DNA from: Candidatus Latescibacterota bacterium
Lineage (GTDB): Bacteria > Latescibacterota > UBA2968 > UBA8231
Assembly: GCA_965203175.1 (NCBI GenBank)
Contig: OZ241867.1
Span: forward strand, 2,016,001 to 2,080,000
Length of the DNA stretch: 64,000 bases
Direction of reading: 5' to 3'
Below the pieces are notes generated by a model, which was given only the letters and a program-made list of their open reading frames with translations, was not told where the DNA came from and ran no database searches. The position numbers and the translations under genes are program-made. This document shows, in pieces, positions 49,881 to 58,655 of the stretch (its first letter is position 1; each line of letters opens with the position of its first letter).

Positions 49881-51545
49881 ATGAACCCTTTTATCTACCC
49901 ACTGCAACGCCTCTTGGGCGCGCTGTTGGCCATTCTGGTCGCCTTTGGCTCAGCTCAGGCCGACTCTTCCAAACCCGAACAAAGGCGGTTCGCGCAAAAC
50001 GCTGCCACCGCTCCGGGCCAGACCCTCTATCTGGAAGCGCGTCATGCCGAGATCGTCGTCAGCGGCTCGGACGAAAACGAAATCGCCCTTGAAGCCACCG
50101 TCGAACTCAGCAGTGGCAATGCCGAAGCTAGGGACGCTTTCTTTGCCGCGATTCAACTCCTGCTCGAACCTCGCGGCCAAGACTTTCGCGCCGTGCTCAA
50201 GATCCCCGAGTGGGAAGAAGAGGAGTCGGAGGACAAAAGAAAATCTTCCGGCTTCCTGCGTCGGCTGTTCCATCGCGTAGAACACCGAGAGCAAGCCCGC
50301 ATCGTTCTGCGCGTTGATGTGCCCTCGCGCTATGGACTCGACATCGCGGGTGAATTCGGCGACATCCACATTGAGGGCATTGAGGGCGCGATCCGCATCG
50401 ACAATAGGTCGGGCCGCATCAGCGTGGAAAACTCCGGCGGGTCATTCGATGCACGCAATCAGTACGCTGACTTAGAAGTTGTCTCTTTTGCGGGCGACAT
50501 CCACTACCGGGGTGCCAGCAGCGCGGTGTCTCTGCGCGACATCACTGGCAATGCCACCGTGCACACCACCTATAACCCCGTATCCGCGGTCGGCGTCAGC
50601 GGCACTTTGCACATTGACGCGCAGAGCAGTCGGATCGAGGGTCGGGACATCGGTGCCGACTGCACCATCTCTACTTCGTACAACCCGGTCGTCGTCGACA
50701 ATGTCGCGGGCAATCTGTCGGTCAGTGCTAGGAGCAGCAAGGTCAGAGTCGCCGACATCAAGGGCAATGCACATATCGAATCGAGCTACAACCCAATCGC
50801 AGTGAATCGCGTCGCCGGCAACTTGGTAATTCGCGGCTCCTCCAGCTCGGTCGCCATCGAGCGCGTCGAGCAGGATGTGTCCGTTCGCACCTCGTACAAT
50901 CCCGTCACCGTCGAGCACGTCGCCGGCAATTTGGAAATTGACGGCTCTTCGTGCAGCGTGGTTGTGCGCCAAATCAGCGGCGATACCGAGGTGGTCAACT
51001 CGTACAATCCCGTCACCGCCGAGGACATCACCGGCAATTTGGTAATTCGCGGCTCCTCTAGCCCAGTCACCGTCGAACGCATTGAGCAGAACGCCACCAT
51101 ACGCACCTCGTACAACCCCATAGTCGCCGAAGAAATCGGTGGTGACCTGCGTATTGATGGCAACTCTTGCAGCGTCTTGGTGGAAGGAATTGAGGGCGAC
51201 GCGACCATTGCCAATTCCCACAATTACGTCGTCGTCAAGGGCAGTGCCGGAGCGCTCTCCATCAACGGCCATAACAGCCCCATTGAAGTATCCAACGTGG
51301 CCGCTCTGCCTGCCACCGGCCGCGTCGAACTCTTCACCACCGGCAAACCCATTGAACTACACATCCCCGCCGATGCCGACATCGAGGCTAGGTTGCAGAC
51401 CAATCGCGGCAAAATTCGCTCGGACTTCCCGCTGTTGACTGAAGAAGATGGCCGCAACCGCAAAAACGCTCGTCTCGAATTGGGCAGTGCCGGTACGCAG
51501 GTACACGTGCGGACGGACGGAGACATCAGGATCGAGAAGCAATAG
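49881..51545 (+). CDS. DUF4097-like beta-strand repeat exported protein
   Basis: Signal peptide; ~38-aa repeats containing (S/T)YNP; C-terminal GKIRSDF. Confidence 0.8.
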   Translation: MNPFIYPLQRLLGALLAILVAFGSAQADSSKPEQRRFAQNAATAPGQTLYLEARHAEIVVSGSDENEIALEATVELSSGNAEARDAFFAAIQLLLEPRGQDFRAVLKIPEWEEEESEDKRKSSGFLRRLFHRVEHREQARIVLRVDVPSRYGLDIAGEFGDIHIEGIEGAIRIDNRSGRISVENSGGSFDARNQYADLEVVSFAGDIHYRGASSAVSLRDITGNATVHTTYNPVSAVGVSGTLHIDAQSSRIEGRDIGADCTISTSYNPVVVDNVAGNLSVSARSSKVRVADIKGNAHIESSYNPIAVNRVAGNLVIRGSSSSVAIERVEQDVSVRTSYNPVTVEHVAGNLEIDGSSCSVVVRQISGDTEVVNSYNPVTAEDITGNLVIRGSSSPVTVERIEQNATIRTSYNPIVAEEIGGDLRIDGNSCSVLVEGIEGDATIANSHNYVVVKGSAGALSINGHNSPIEVSNVAALPATGRVELFTTGKPIELHIPADADIEARLQTNRGKIRSDFPLLTEEDGRNRKNARLELGSAGTQVHVRTDGDIRIEKQ

Positions 51546-51640
51546 GGGCAAGTCCGCACCCCGTAGCAAGGGTGCCACAAGGACGCCCTCTGCAAAAGCG
51601 AATTCGTTGGTACAAATGTTTGAAACTTGCTGCGAACCAT

Positions 51641-51673
51641 GTAGGGGCGGTTCGCGCTCCGCACCGTCCCTAC
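51641..51673. repeat. GTAG-family REP-like palindrome
   Basis: GTAGGGGCGGT...ACCGTCCCTAC (10 of 11 complementary). Confidence 0.6.
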
Positions 51674-51691
51674 GACACTAAAGGAACTATC

Positions 51692-54043
51692 ATGCTGAGC
51701 AACTATCTGACGATGGCGCTGCGTCTCCTGCGGCGGGAGCGCAGCTACGCGGCGATCAACATCTTCGGCTTGGCGGTCGGCTTTTGCCTGTGTCTGCTGG
51801 TCATCCAACTCGCCGCCTATCAACTCTCGGTTGGCGACTTCCACGAGAAAAAAGACCGGGTTTTCCGCGTGATGGGGCCAACCAGTCATCCAAGAATTCA
51901 TACTACGTCCGGGTACACCTCAAGTATGCCGATACCGCTTGGACCGACCCTCAAGGAGCAATTGCCCGAAGTCGAGGAGGCGGTCCGCTTTAGCTGGAAT
52001 TATCCGCGTCTGTTGCGGGTCGGGGACAAGGAAGGAATATATGAAAAGGTTGGTGGGGTGGAGACGGGCGTTTTCGACATGTTTAGCTTGCCGCTCCTGC
52101 GCGGCGATCCCAAGACGGCCTTGGCGCGTCCCCACACCTTAGTGCTGACCGAGCCGTTGGCCCGCCGGCTCTTTGGCGAAAGCGATCCCATTGGACAGGT
52201 CGTCCGGGTCAATGAGGAGTTCGATTGCGAGGTTACTGGCATCGTCGGCCAGCCGCCCTCCAACTCATTGCTCCAGTTCTCGGCGCTGCTTTCGCTCGCC
52301 ACAGAGTCAATGGCAGCGTATGGCTGGGGCTTTTCAGGCTTCTCAGTCTTCGTGCAGCTAACGCCCGGTGCCGACCCTGCTGCGGTAGCTGCGCGCATTG
52401 CCGACATCGTCAAGGAAGCTAAGGGGTTGCCCGAAGCGTCCGATCCCTACGCGCTGCAACCCCTGAAAGCGATCTACTTCGACACGGAGGCACCTAATCA
52501 CTTTGGCCCGAGGGGCAACACCATGCACCTCGCTTTGTGCGCCATCTTGGCGGTGGTGATCCTAACGATCGCCGGTTTCAACTACGTGAACTTGGCGACG
52601 GCGCGGGCCGGGCGACGGATTCACGAGATCGGTGTGCGCAAGGCCCTCGGCGCTCATCGCGGCCAGCTCATGCGCCAACTTTTGAGCGAGTCCGTGCTGT
52701 TGAGTGCTGCGGCAACGGTGCTAGGCGCAGCCTTAACAGAGGTCTTGACTCCGCTTATACCCGTCATTGCGGGAGCCAATTTCTCGTTGCCCCACTTGCA
52801 CTGGACGATCTCGACCTACGCCGGGGCTGCGGCCTTGGCGGTGGGGGTTGGACTGGTCGCGGGCGCGTACCCGGCGTGGGTAGTGGCGCGCTTTCAGCCG
52901 GCGACCGTGGTACAGGGGGGCCGCGTGGGCGGTGTGCGCCTGCGTCGGGGTTTGGTAGCGGCGCAGTTCACGGTTACGGCGGCGTTAATGACGATGACGC
53001 TGCTGATATGGCACCAAGTCGATTACTTCCAAAACCTCCTCCGCGAGGACTCCATCATGGGGGCAAAACCGGAACAGGTTGTGGTGATCGAGAACCGGGG
53101 CCTGACCGAGGATCAGGCTCGAGCCTTCAAGACGGAGCTGCTTCAGGACAGCCGCATCGCCGCGGTGAGTATCTCTAATACAATACCTGGTGGGGGGGCG
53201 AAAATGGTGTTTGTGAGCGGGGAAGAGCAAATGAAGATAAATGTGTATAAAGCAGATAGCGACTTCGTCGAAATCATGGGGTTGCGCATGGCCCAAGGAC
53301 GCGCCTTGACCGACGAACCGGCCGACGCCCAAGCGGTCGTCATCAACGAGACCGCCGCGAGGATGATGGGATTGGAGGAGCCGCTGGGCAAGATGATCTC
53401 CGCCTCTAGGGGAGACTCGCGCGTCGTGGGCGTGATTGAGGACTTCCACTTCGATGGCCCGCGAAGTAAGATAGAGCCGCTGGTTATATTGCAGATTGAT
53501 GGAGGGGGGCGCGTCATTCTCGTGCGTGCGCAACCCGGCCATCTCGACGCAGTCCTCAAAGTGATCGACGACCAGTGGGCTGCCGTTGAGCCCCATCGCC
53601 CCATTCAGCGCAATTCCCTCGAAGAGGTCGCCACCAAGCTCTACTCCCAAGACCTGATGGTGGGGCGCGCACTCACGCTCTTTCTCTTTTTAGCCATCGC
53701 CGTCGCCTCGGTAGGGCTTTTCGGCATGGCGGCACACGCTGCCCAAGAGCGCACCAAGGAGATCGGCATCCGCAAGGTGTTCGGCGCTTCTCCCGGTGGC
53801 CTCACCGCTATGATGATGCGGGACTTCGCCAAACCCGTTGCCATCGCCTTCCTGCTCAGCGTGCCCATCGCCTACGGCTTGGCCACTCACTGGCTACAGG
53901 AGTTTGCCTATCGCGTGGAGATCGGCGTGGGCCTGTTCCTGTTGTCGGGCGCTTTGTCCTTCGTCATCGCCGGGCTGACGGTGGGTCACCAAGCGATGCG
54001 GGCGGCGCTGACCAATCCGATAGAAACGCTGCGCACTGAATAA
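51692..54043 (+). CDS. ABC permease paralogue A3
   Basis: Start set by the shared AAAGGAACTATC-ATG leader; same motifs as A1. Confidence 0.93.
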   Translation: MLSNYLTMALRLLRRERSYAAINIFGLAVGFCLCLLVIQLAAYQLSVGDFHEKKDRVFRVMGPTSHPRIHTTSGYTSSMPIPLGPTLKEQLPEVEEAVRFSWNYPRLLRVGDKEGIYEKVGGVETGVFDMFSLPLLRGDPKTALARPHTLVLTEPLARRLFGESDPIGQVVRVNEEFDCEVTGIVGQPPSNSLLQFSALLSLATESMAAYGWGFSGFSVFVQLTPGADPAAVAARIADIVKEAKGLPEASDPYALQPLKAIYFDTEAPNHFGPRGNTMHLALCAILAVVILTIAGFNYVNLATARAGRRIHEIGVRKALGAHRGQLMRQLLSESVLLSAAATVLGAALTEVLTPLIPVIAGANFSLPHLHWTISTYAGAAALAVGVGLVAGAYPAWVVARFQPATVVQGGRVGGVRLRRGLVAAQFTVTAALMTMTLLIWHQVDYFQNLLREDSIMGAKPEQVVVIENRGLTEDQARAFKTELLQDSRIAAVSISNTIPGGGAKMVFVSGEEQMKINVYKADSDFVEIMGLRMAQGRALTDEPADAQAVVINETAARMMGLEEPLGKMISASRGDSRVVGVIEDFHFDGPRSKIEPLVILQIDGGGRVILVRAQPGHLDAVLKVIDDQWAAVEPHRPIQRNSLEEVATKLYSQDLMVGRALTLFLFLAIAVASVGLFGMAAHAAQERTKEIGIRKVFGASPGGLTAMMMRDFAKPVAIAFLLSVPIAYGLATHWLQEFAYRVEIGVGLFLLSGALSFVIAGLTVGHQAMRAALTNPIETLRTE

Positions 54044-54107
54044 CCAAGACGCTGAACGATATGCACGACCCTAAAAAAATCCTCACTGCGACACGAAGGG
54101 AACTATC

Positions 54108-56444
54108 ATGCTGGGTAATTACCTGACGACGGCGCTGCGCCTTTTGTGGCGGGAGCGCGGCTATGCGGCGATCAACATCTTCGGCTTGGCGGTTGGCTTT
54201 TGCCTGTGCCTGCTGACCGTCCAACTCGCCGCCTATCAACTCTCTGTTGGCGACTTTCACAAGAAAAAAGATCGGGTATTTCGCGTGTTGGTATCAGACA
54301 CGCAGAATACCAAGTACACAGCAGGGGTGCGAATACCACTGGGGCCGACCCTCAAGGAGCAATTGCCCGAAGTCGAGGGGGCGGTACGCTTTAGTCGAAG
54401 TTGGCCGCGTCTCCTTCGGGTCGGGGACGAGGACGGAATATATGAAAAGGTTGGTGAGGCGGAAGCCGGCGCTTTAGACATGTTCAGCTTGCCGCTGCTA
54501 CGCGGAGACTTGAAGACGGCCTTGGCGCGCCCCTACACCATGGTGCTGACCGAACCATTGGCCCGCCGGCTCTTCGGCGAGAGCGATCCCATCGGACAGG
54601 TCGTCCGCGTCGGAAAGACAGACGATTACGAAGTTACTGGCATCGTCGGCCAGTTGCCCGCCAACTCGCTGCTCCAGTTTTCGGCGCTGCGTTCGCTTTC
54701 CACCGCCACAAACCCAATGTTGGCGTCTGGTTGGAACGCTTCAGCCTTTGAGACCTTCGTGCAGCTAACGCCCGGTGCCGACCCTGCTGCGGTAGCCGCG
54801 CGCATTGCCGGCATCGTCAAGGAAGTTAGGGGGCTGCCCGAAGCGCCCGGTTCCTACGCGCTACAGCCGCTGAAATCGATCTACTTCGACACCGAAGTGC
54901 CCAACAGCGTCGGTCCAAGTGGCAATCCCGTGTACCTCGCTGTATGCGCCATCTTAGCGGTGGTGATCCTGACAATCGCCGGGGTCAACTACGTGAACTT
55001 GGCGACGGCGCGGGCGGGGCGACGAATTCACGAGATCGGTGTGCGCAAGGCCCTCGGCGCTCATCGCGGCCAACTCATGCGCCAACTTTTGAGCGAGTCG
55101 GTGCTGTTGAGTACTGCGGCAACGGTGCTAGGCGTTGCCATGGCAGAGGTTATGGTTGTGCTCCTACCTGCGCTTGTGGGATTCGATTTTGAATGGTCAG
55201 CCCTGCGCTGGACGATCTCGACCTATGCTGGGGCTGCGGTGCTGGCGATGGGGGTCGGACTGGTCGCAGGCGCATACCCGGCGTGGGCCGTGGCGCGCTT
55301 TCAGCCGGCGACCGTAGTGCAGGGGGGGCGCGTGGGCGGTGTACTCCTGCGTCGGGGTTTGGTGGTGACGCAGTTCACGGCCACTACGGCGTTGCTGACG
55401 ATGACACTCCTGATGTGGCACCAACTCGATTACATCCAAGACCTTCTCCGCGAAGACTCCATCTTGGGGGCAAAGCCGGAACAGGTTGTCGTCGTCGAAA
55501 ACCGCGGTCTGACCATGGATCAGGCTCGAGCCTTCAAGACGGAGTTGCTGCAGGACAGCCGCATCGCCGCAGTGAGTCTCTCTATGACAGTACCTGGTCA
55601 GGGGTTCGGAATGACTATGAGAGGGGAAGATCAAATAGAAATAAATGTGTATCAAGCAGATAGCGACTTCGTCGAAATCATGGGGTTGCGCATGGCCCAA
55701 GGACGCGCCTTGACCAACGATCCAGCCGATGCCGACGCGGTCGTCATCAACGAGACCGCCGCGAGGATATTGGGATTGGCAGAGCCGCTGGGCGAGACGA
55801 TCGCCGTCCAGGGAGGAAAGCGCGTCGTCGGCGTGCTTGAGGACTTCCACTTCCACGGCCCGCGCCATGAGATAGAGCCACTAATTATAGAACAGGTCGC
55901 TGGATGGGCGGGCGTCATTATCGTGCGGGTGCAGCCCGGCCATCTCGACGCAGCCCTCAAAGTGATCGACGACCAGTGGACTACCGTTGAGCCCTACCGC
56001 CCCATTCAGCGCAATTCCCTTGAAGAGGTCACCGCCAGCCTCTACTCCGAGGAACTGATGGTAGGCCGTGCGCTTACTCTCTTCCTCTTGTTAGCCATCG
56101 CCGTCGCTTCGGTGGGACTCTTCGGCATGGCCGCACACGCCGCGCATGAGCGCACCAAGGAGATCGGCATCCGCAAGGTGTTCGGCGCTTCTCCCGGCGG
56201 CTTGACCGCTATGATGATGCGCGACTTTGCCAAACCCGTTGCCATCGCCTTCCTGCTCAGCGTGCCCATCGCCTATGGGTTGGCCACCCACTGGCTACAG
56301 GGGTTTGTCTATCGCGTAGAAATCGGCGTGGGCCTGTTCCTAGTGTCGGGTGCTTTGTCCTTCGCCATCGCCGGGCTGACGGTGGGTCACCAAGCGATGC
56401 GAGCGGCGCTGACCAATCCGATAGAGACGCTGCGCACGGAGTAG
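54108..56444 (+). CDS. ABC permease paralogue A4
   Basis: Same motifs as A1. Confidence 0.93.
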   Translation: MLGNYLTTALRLLWRERGYAAINIFGLAVGFCLCLLTVQLAAYQLSVGDFHKKKDRVFRVLVSDTQNTKYTAGVRIPLGPTLKEQLPEVEGAVRFSRSWPRLLRVGDEDGIYEKVGEAEAGALDMFSLPLLRGDLKTALARPYTMVLTEPLARRLFGESDPIGQVVRVGKTDDYEVTGIVGQLPANSLLQFSALRSLSTATNPMLASGWNASAFETFVQLTPGADPAAVAARIAGIVKEVRGLPEAPGSYALQPLKSIYFDTEVPNSVGPSGNPVYLAVCAILAVVILTIAGVNYVNLATARAGRRIHEIGVRKALGAHRGQLMRQLLSESVLLSTAATVLGVAMAEVMVVLLPALVGFDFEWSALRWTISTYAGAAVLAMGVGLVAGAYPAWAVARFQPATVVQGGRVGGVLLRRGLVVTQFTATTALLTMTLLMWHQLDYIQDLLREDSILGAKPEQVVVVENRGLTMDQARAFKTELLQDSRIAAVSLSMTVPGQGFGMTMRGEDQIEINVYQADSDFVEIMGLRMAQGRALTNDPADADAVVINETAARILGLAEPLGETIAVQGGKRVVGVLEDFHFHGPRHEIEPLIIEQVAGWAGVIIVRVQPGHLDAALKVIDDQWTTVEPYRPIQRNSLEEVTASLYSEELMVGRALTLFLLLAIAVASVGLFGMAAHAAHERTKEIGIRKVFGASPGGLTAMMMRDFAKPVAIAFLLSVPIAYGLATHWLQGFVYRVEIGVGLFLVSGALSFAIAGLTVGHQAMRAALTNPIETLRTE

Positions 56445-56523
56445 CCAGCACTGGCTTCGTCGGCAGCAGGAAAGAGACTTCCAATGCCGCCCGCCGAGGG
56501 CATTTGCTGAAAGGAAATACCAA

Positions 56524-57771
56524 ATGAATAGATCATTCGCAGTAGCGGTCGTGTTGTTGCTGGCGTCGCATCCACTATGGGCCGGGGAGAAGCAGGGCTC
56601 TTGGGACAGCAGCAGGTACTTGGGGTGGGAGCAAAAGTGGGGGGTGGGCGACGCGCATCTATACTACGACGACGTAAATCCCTTGGTGCGGTACAACCGG
56701 GTGGAGGGTTTGCTGGTGGGTGCTCGGGTGCCGCGCTCCTACCGCGACTGTCAGGGCTTTGCACCCTATGGGGAACTGGCCTATAGCTTTGGCAACAGCG
56801 CATGGCACTACCAAGCTGGCACCCAAGTATTCACGTTCCAAGCCTGCCACCGCGACAACCCCCACCTCGCCAGCTTGGGGGTCGAGGTGCACGATCTGAC
56901 CGCCACGCAGGACGACTATCTGGTGCCCGAGGAGGCGAACTCGCTGTATGCGGCGCTGTTCCGGCGCGATATGCGCGATTACTACCGTCGCGTCGGCTGG
57001 AGCGTCTATGCGGTGCAGAACTTGGCCGGCGCAGTGCAGCTTACCGGGCGCTTGGCTCACGACGAATTCTTCAACTTGGAAAATGCAGTCCATTGGATCT
57101 TGCTGGGCAACCGCTTGGCCCGCGACCAGTTCCGCGCCAATCCGGCAATAGACGAGGGCACGGCGGTCCGTTTGCAAGCCGAGGTGCAGTTCGACTCCCG
57201 GTCTAATGGAGACCAGCGGCAGGGGTGGCTGGTCAATGCCTTGGCCGAACGCGCTGGCGACTTGGGCGGAGAATACGCCTTCCGTCGCTATCTAATAGAC
57301 CTCCGCCGCTATCACCCCATCGCCCGTGGTACCCAGATAGACTTGCGGCTTCGTCTCGGGCGGGGAGATGGGGGCGTGGGGCGGTGTATAGGAGACGGCG
57401 ATACATGCTCGTCTCAAGGAGGCCTGCCGCGGCAATACTTGTTCGATCTGGGAGGCTATTCGACGCTGCGGGGGTATCCGTACAAGGCATTTACCGGGGA
57501 CCGGATGATCCTCCTCAACGCCGAATACTGGATTTACGCTGACCACGCAGACGAATGGCGCGCTGGCGTCCTCTTTGACGTGGGTTCGGCTTGGTTTGCC
57601 CGGCTGGAGGACGCTGCAAAGATCGGAGTCGGGGAATCGCTCGACACCGACTTCAAGGCCAGCCTTGGTTTTGGGATAGGCGACGATGAGTGCCAATTCG
57701 AGTTGGCTAGGCCGTTCGGGCAACGCGACGCCGATTGGCACTATGCGATCCGGTTCAGCGAGACGTTCTAG
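56524..57771 (+). CDS. Outer-membrane beta-barrel (Omp85/BamA-TamA-like, no POTRA seen)
   Basis: Signal peptide, RYNRVEG, LGGYSTLRGY loop motif, terminal Phe. Confidence 0.75.
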   Translation: MNRSFAVAVVLLLASHPLWAGEKQGSWDSSRYLGWEQKWGVGDAHLYYDDVNPLVRYNRVEGLLVGARVPRSYRDCQGFAPYGELAYSFGNSAWHYQAGTQVFTFQACHRDNPHLASLGVEVHDLTATQDDYLVPEEANSLYAALFRRDMRDYYRRVGWSVYAVQNLAGAVQLTGRLAHDEFFNLENAVHWILLGNRLARDQFRANPAIDEGTAVRLQAEVQFDSRSNGDQRQGWLVNALAERAGDLGGEYAFRRYLIDLRRYHPIARGTQIDLRLRLGRGDGGVGRCIGDGDTCSSQGGLPRQYLFDLGGYSTLRGYPYKAFTGDRMILLNAEYWIYADHADEWRAGVLFDVGSAWFARLEDAAKIGVGESLDTDFKASLGFGIGDDECQFELARPFGQRDADWHYAIRFSETF

Positions 57772-57800
57772 GGACTTACTACGAGACGAAAGGAACTACC

Positions 57801-57940
57801 ATGCTGGGTAACTATCTGACGACGGCGCTGCGCCTTTTGTGGCGGGCGCTTTGTCCTTTGTCATCGCCGGGTTAACGGTGGGGCACCAAGCGATGCGGGC
57901 GGCCTTGACCAATCCGATAGAAACGCTGCGCACTGAATAA
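57801..57940 (+). pseudogene. Collapsed permease paralogue (first ~45 nt joined to last ~95 nt)
   Basis: Shared RBS and MLGNYLTTALRLLWR joined out of frame at CGGG to ...GALSFVIAGLTVGHQAMRAALTNPIETLRTE*. Confidence 0.92.
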
Positions 57941-57960
57941 CTAAGACGTGGAGGCACATC

Positions 57961-58635
57961 ATGATCGAAATGCACGACATCGAAAAATACCACCAATCCG
58001 GTCCCCGCAAGACCTACGTGCTGCGCTACGTAAACCTGAACGTCGCCGAGGGCGAATTCGTGTCCATTATGGGGCCGAGCGGCGCGGGCAAATCGACGCT
58101 GTTGCACATCATGGGGATGCTCGATGAGCCGACGGCTGGGTCGTATCGGTTTCTCGGCGAAGAGGTGGGTGGAATGGGGGAGAAGGAACGCACTGAGATC
58201 CATCGGCAGCACATTGGTTTTGTCTTCCAAGCCTATCACCTGATTGACGAGCAGACGGTGTACGAAAACCTGGAGATGCCGCTGCTCTACCAAAAGGTGA
58301 AGGGAGCCGAGCGCAAGGCGCGGGTGAGCGAGCTGCTCGACCGCTTCCAGATGGTGGCCAAAAAGGACCTGTTCCCGCACCAGCTTTCCGGTGGCGAGCA
58401 GCAGCGCGTTGGCGTGGCGCGAGCCCTGATTGGCCAGCCGACGCTGATTCTCGCCGACGAGCCTACGGGCAACCTCAACTCCAAGCAGGGGGAAGAGGTG
58501 ATGGACATGCTGCGAGAGCTAAACGACGAGGGCACGACGATTGTGCAGGTGACTCATTCGGAGAAAAACGCTGGCTACGGTAGCCGGGTGGTGCATCTGT
58601 TGGACGGCAAGATAGAGCAAGAGGGAAGGTACTAA
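57961..58635 (+). CDS. Second ABC ATP-binding protein
   Basis: [24 protein letters not shown]. Confidence 0.95.
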   Translation: MIEMHDIEKYHQSGPRKTYVLRYVNLNVAEGEFVSIMGPSGAGKSTLLHIMGMLDEPTAGSYRFLGEEVGGMGEKERTEIHRQHIGFVFQAYHLIDEQTVYENLEMPLLYQKVKGAERKARVSELLDRFQMVAKKDLFPHQLSGGEQQRVGVARALIGQPTLILADEPTGNLNSKQGEEVMDMLRELNDEGTTIVQVTHSEKNAGYGSRVVHLLDGKIEQEGRY

Positions 58636-58655
58636 CCAAGAGGGAGGTACTAACC

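Noticed and set aside
58618-58655. Duplicated AGAGGG..AGGTACTAACC segment
   Set aside because: Simple local duplication of the stop/RBS region; not an array.
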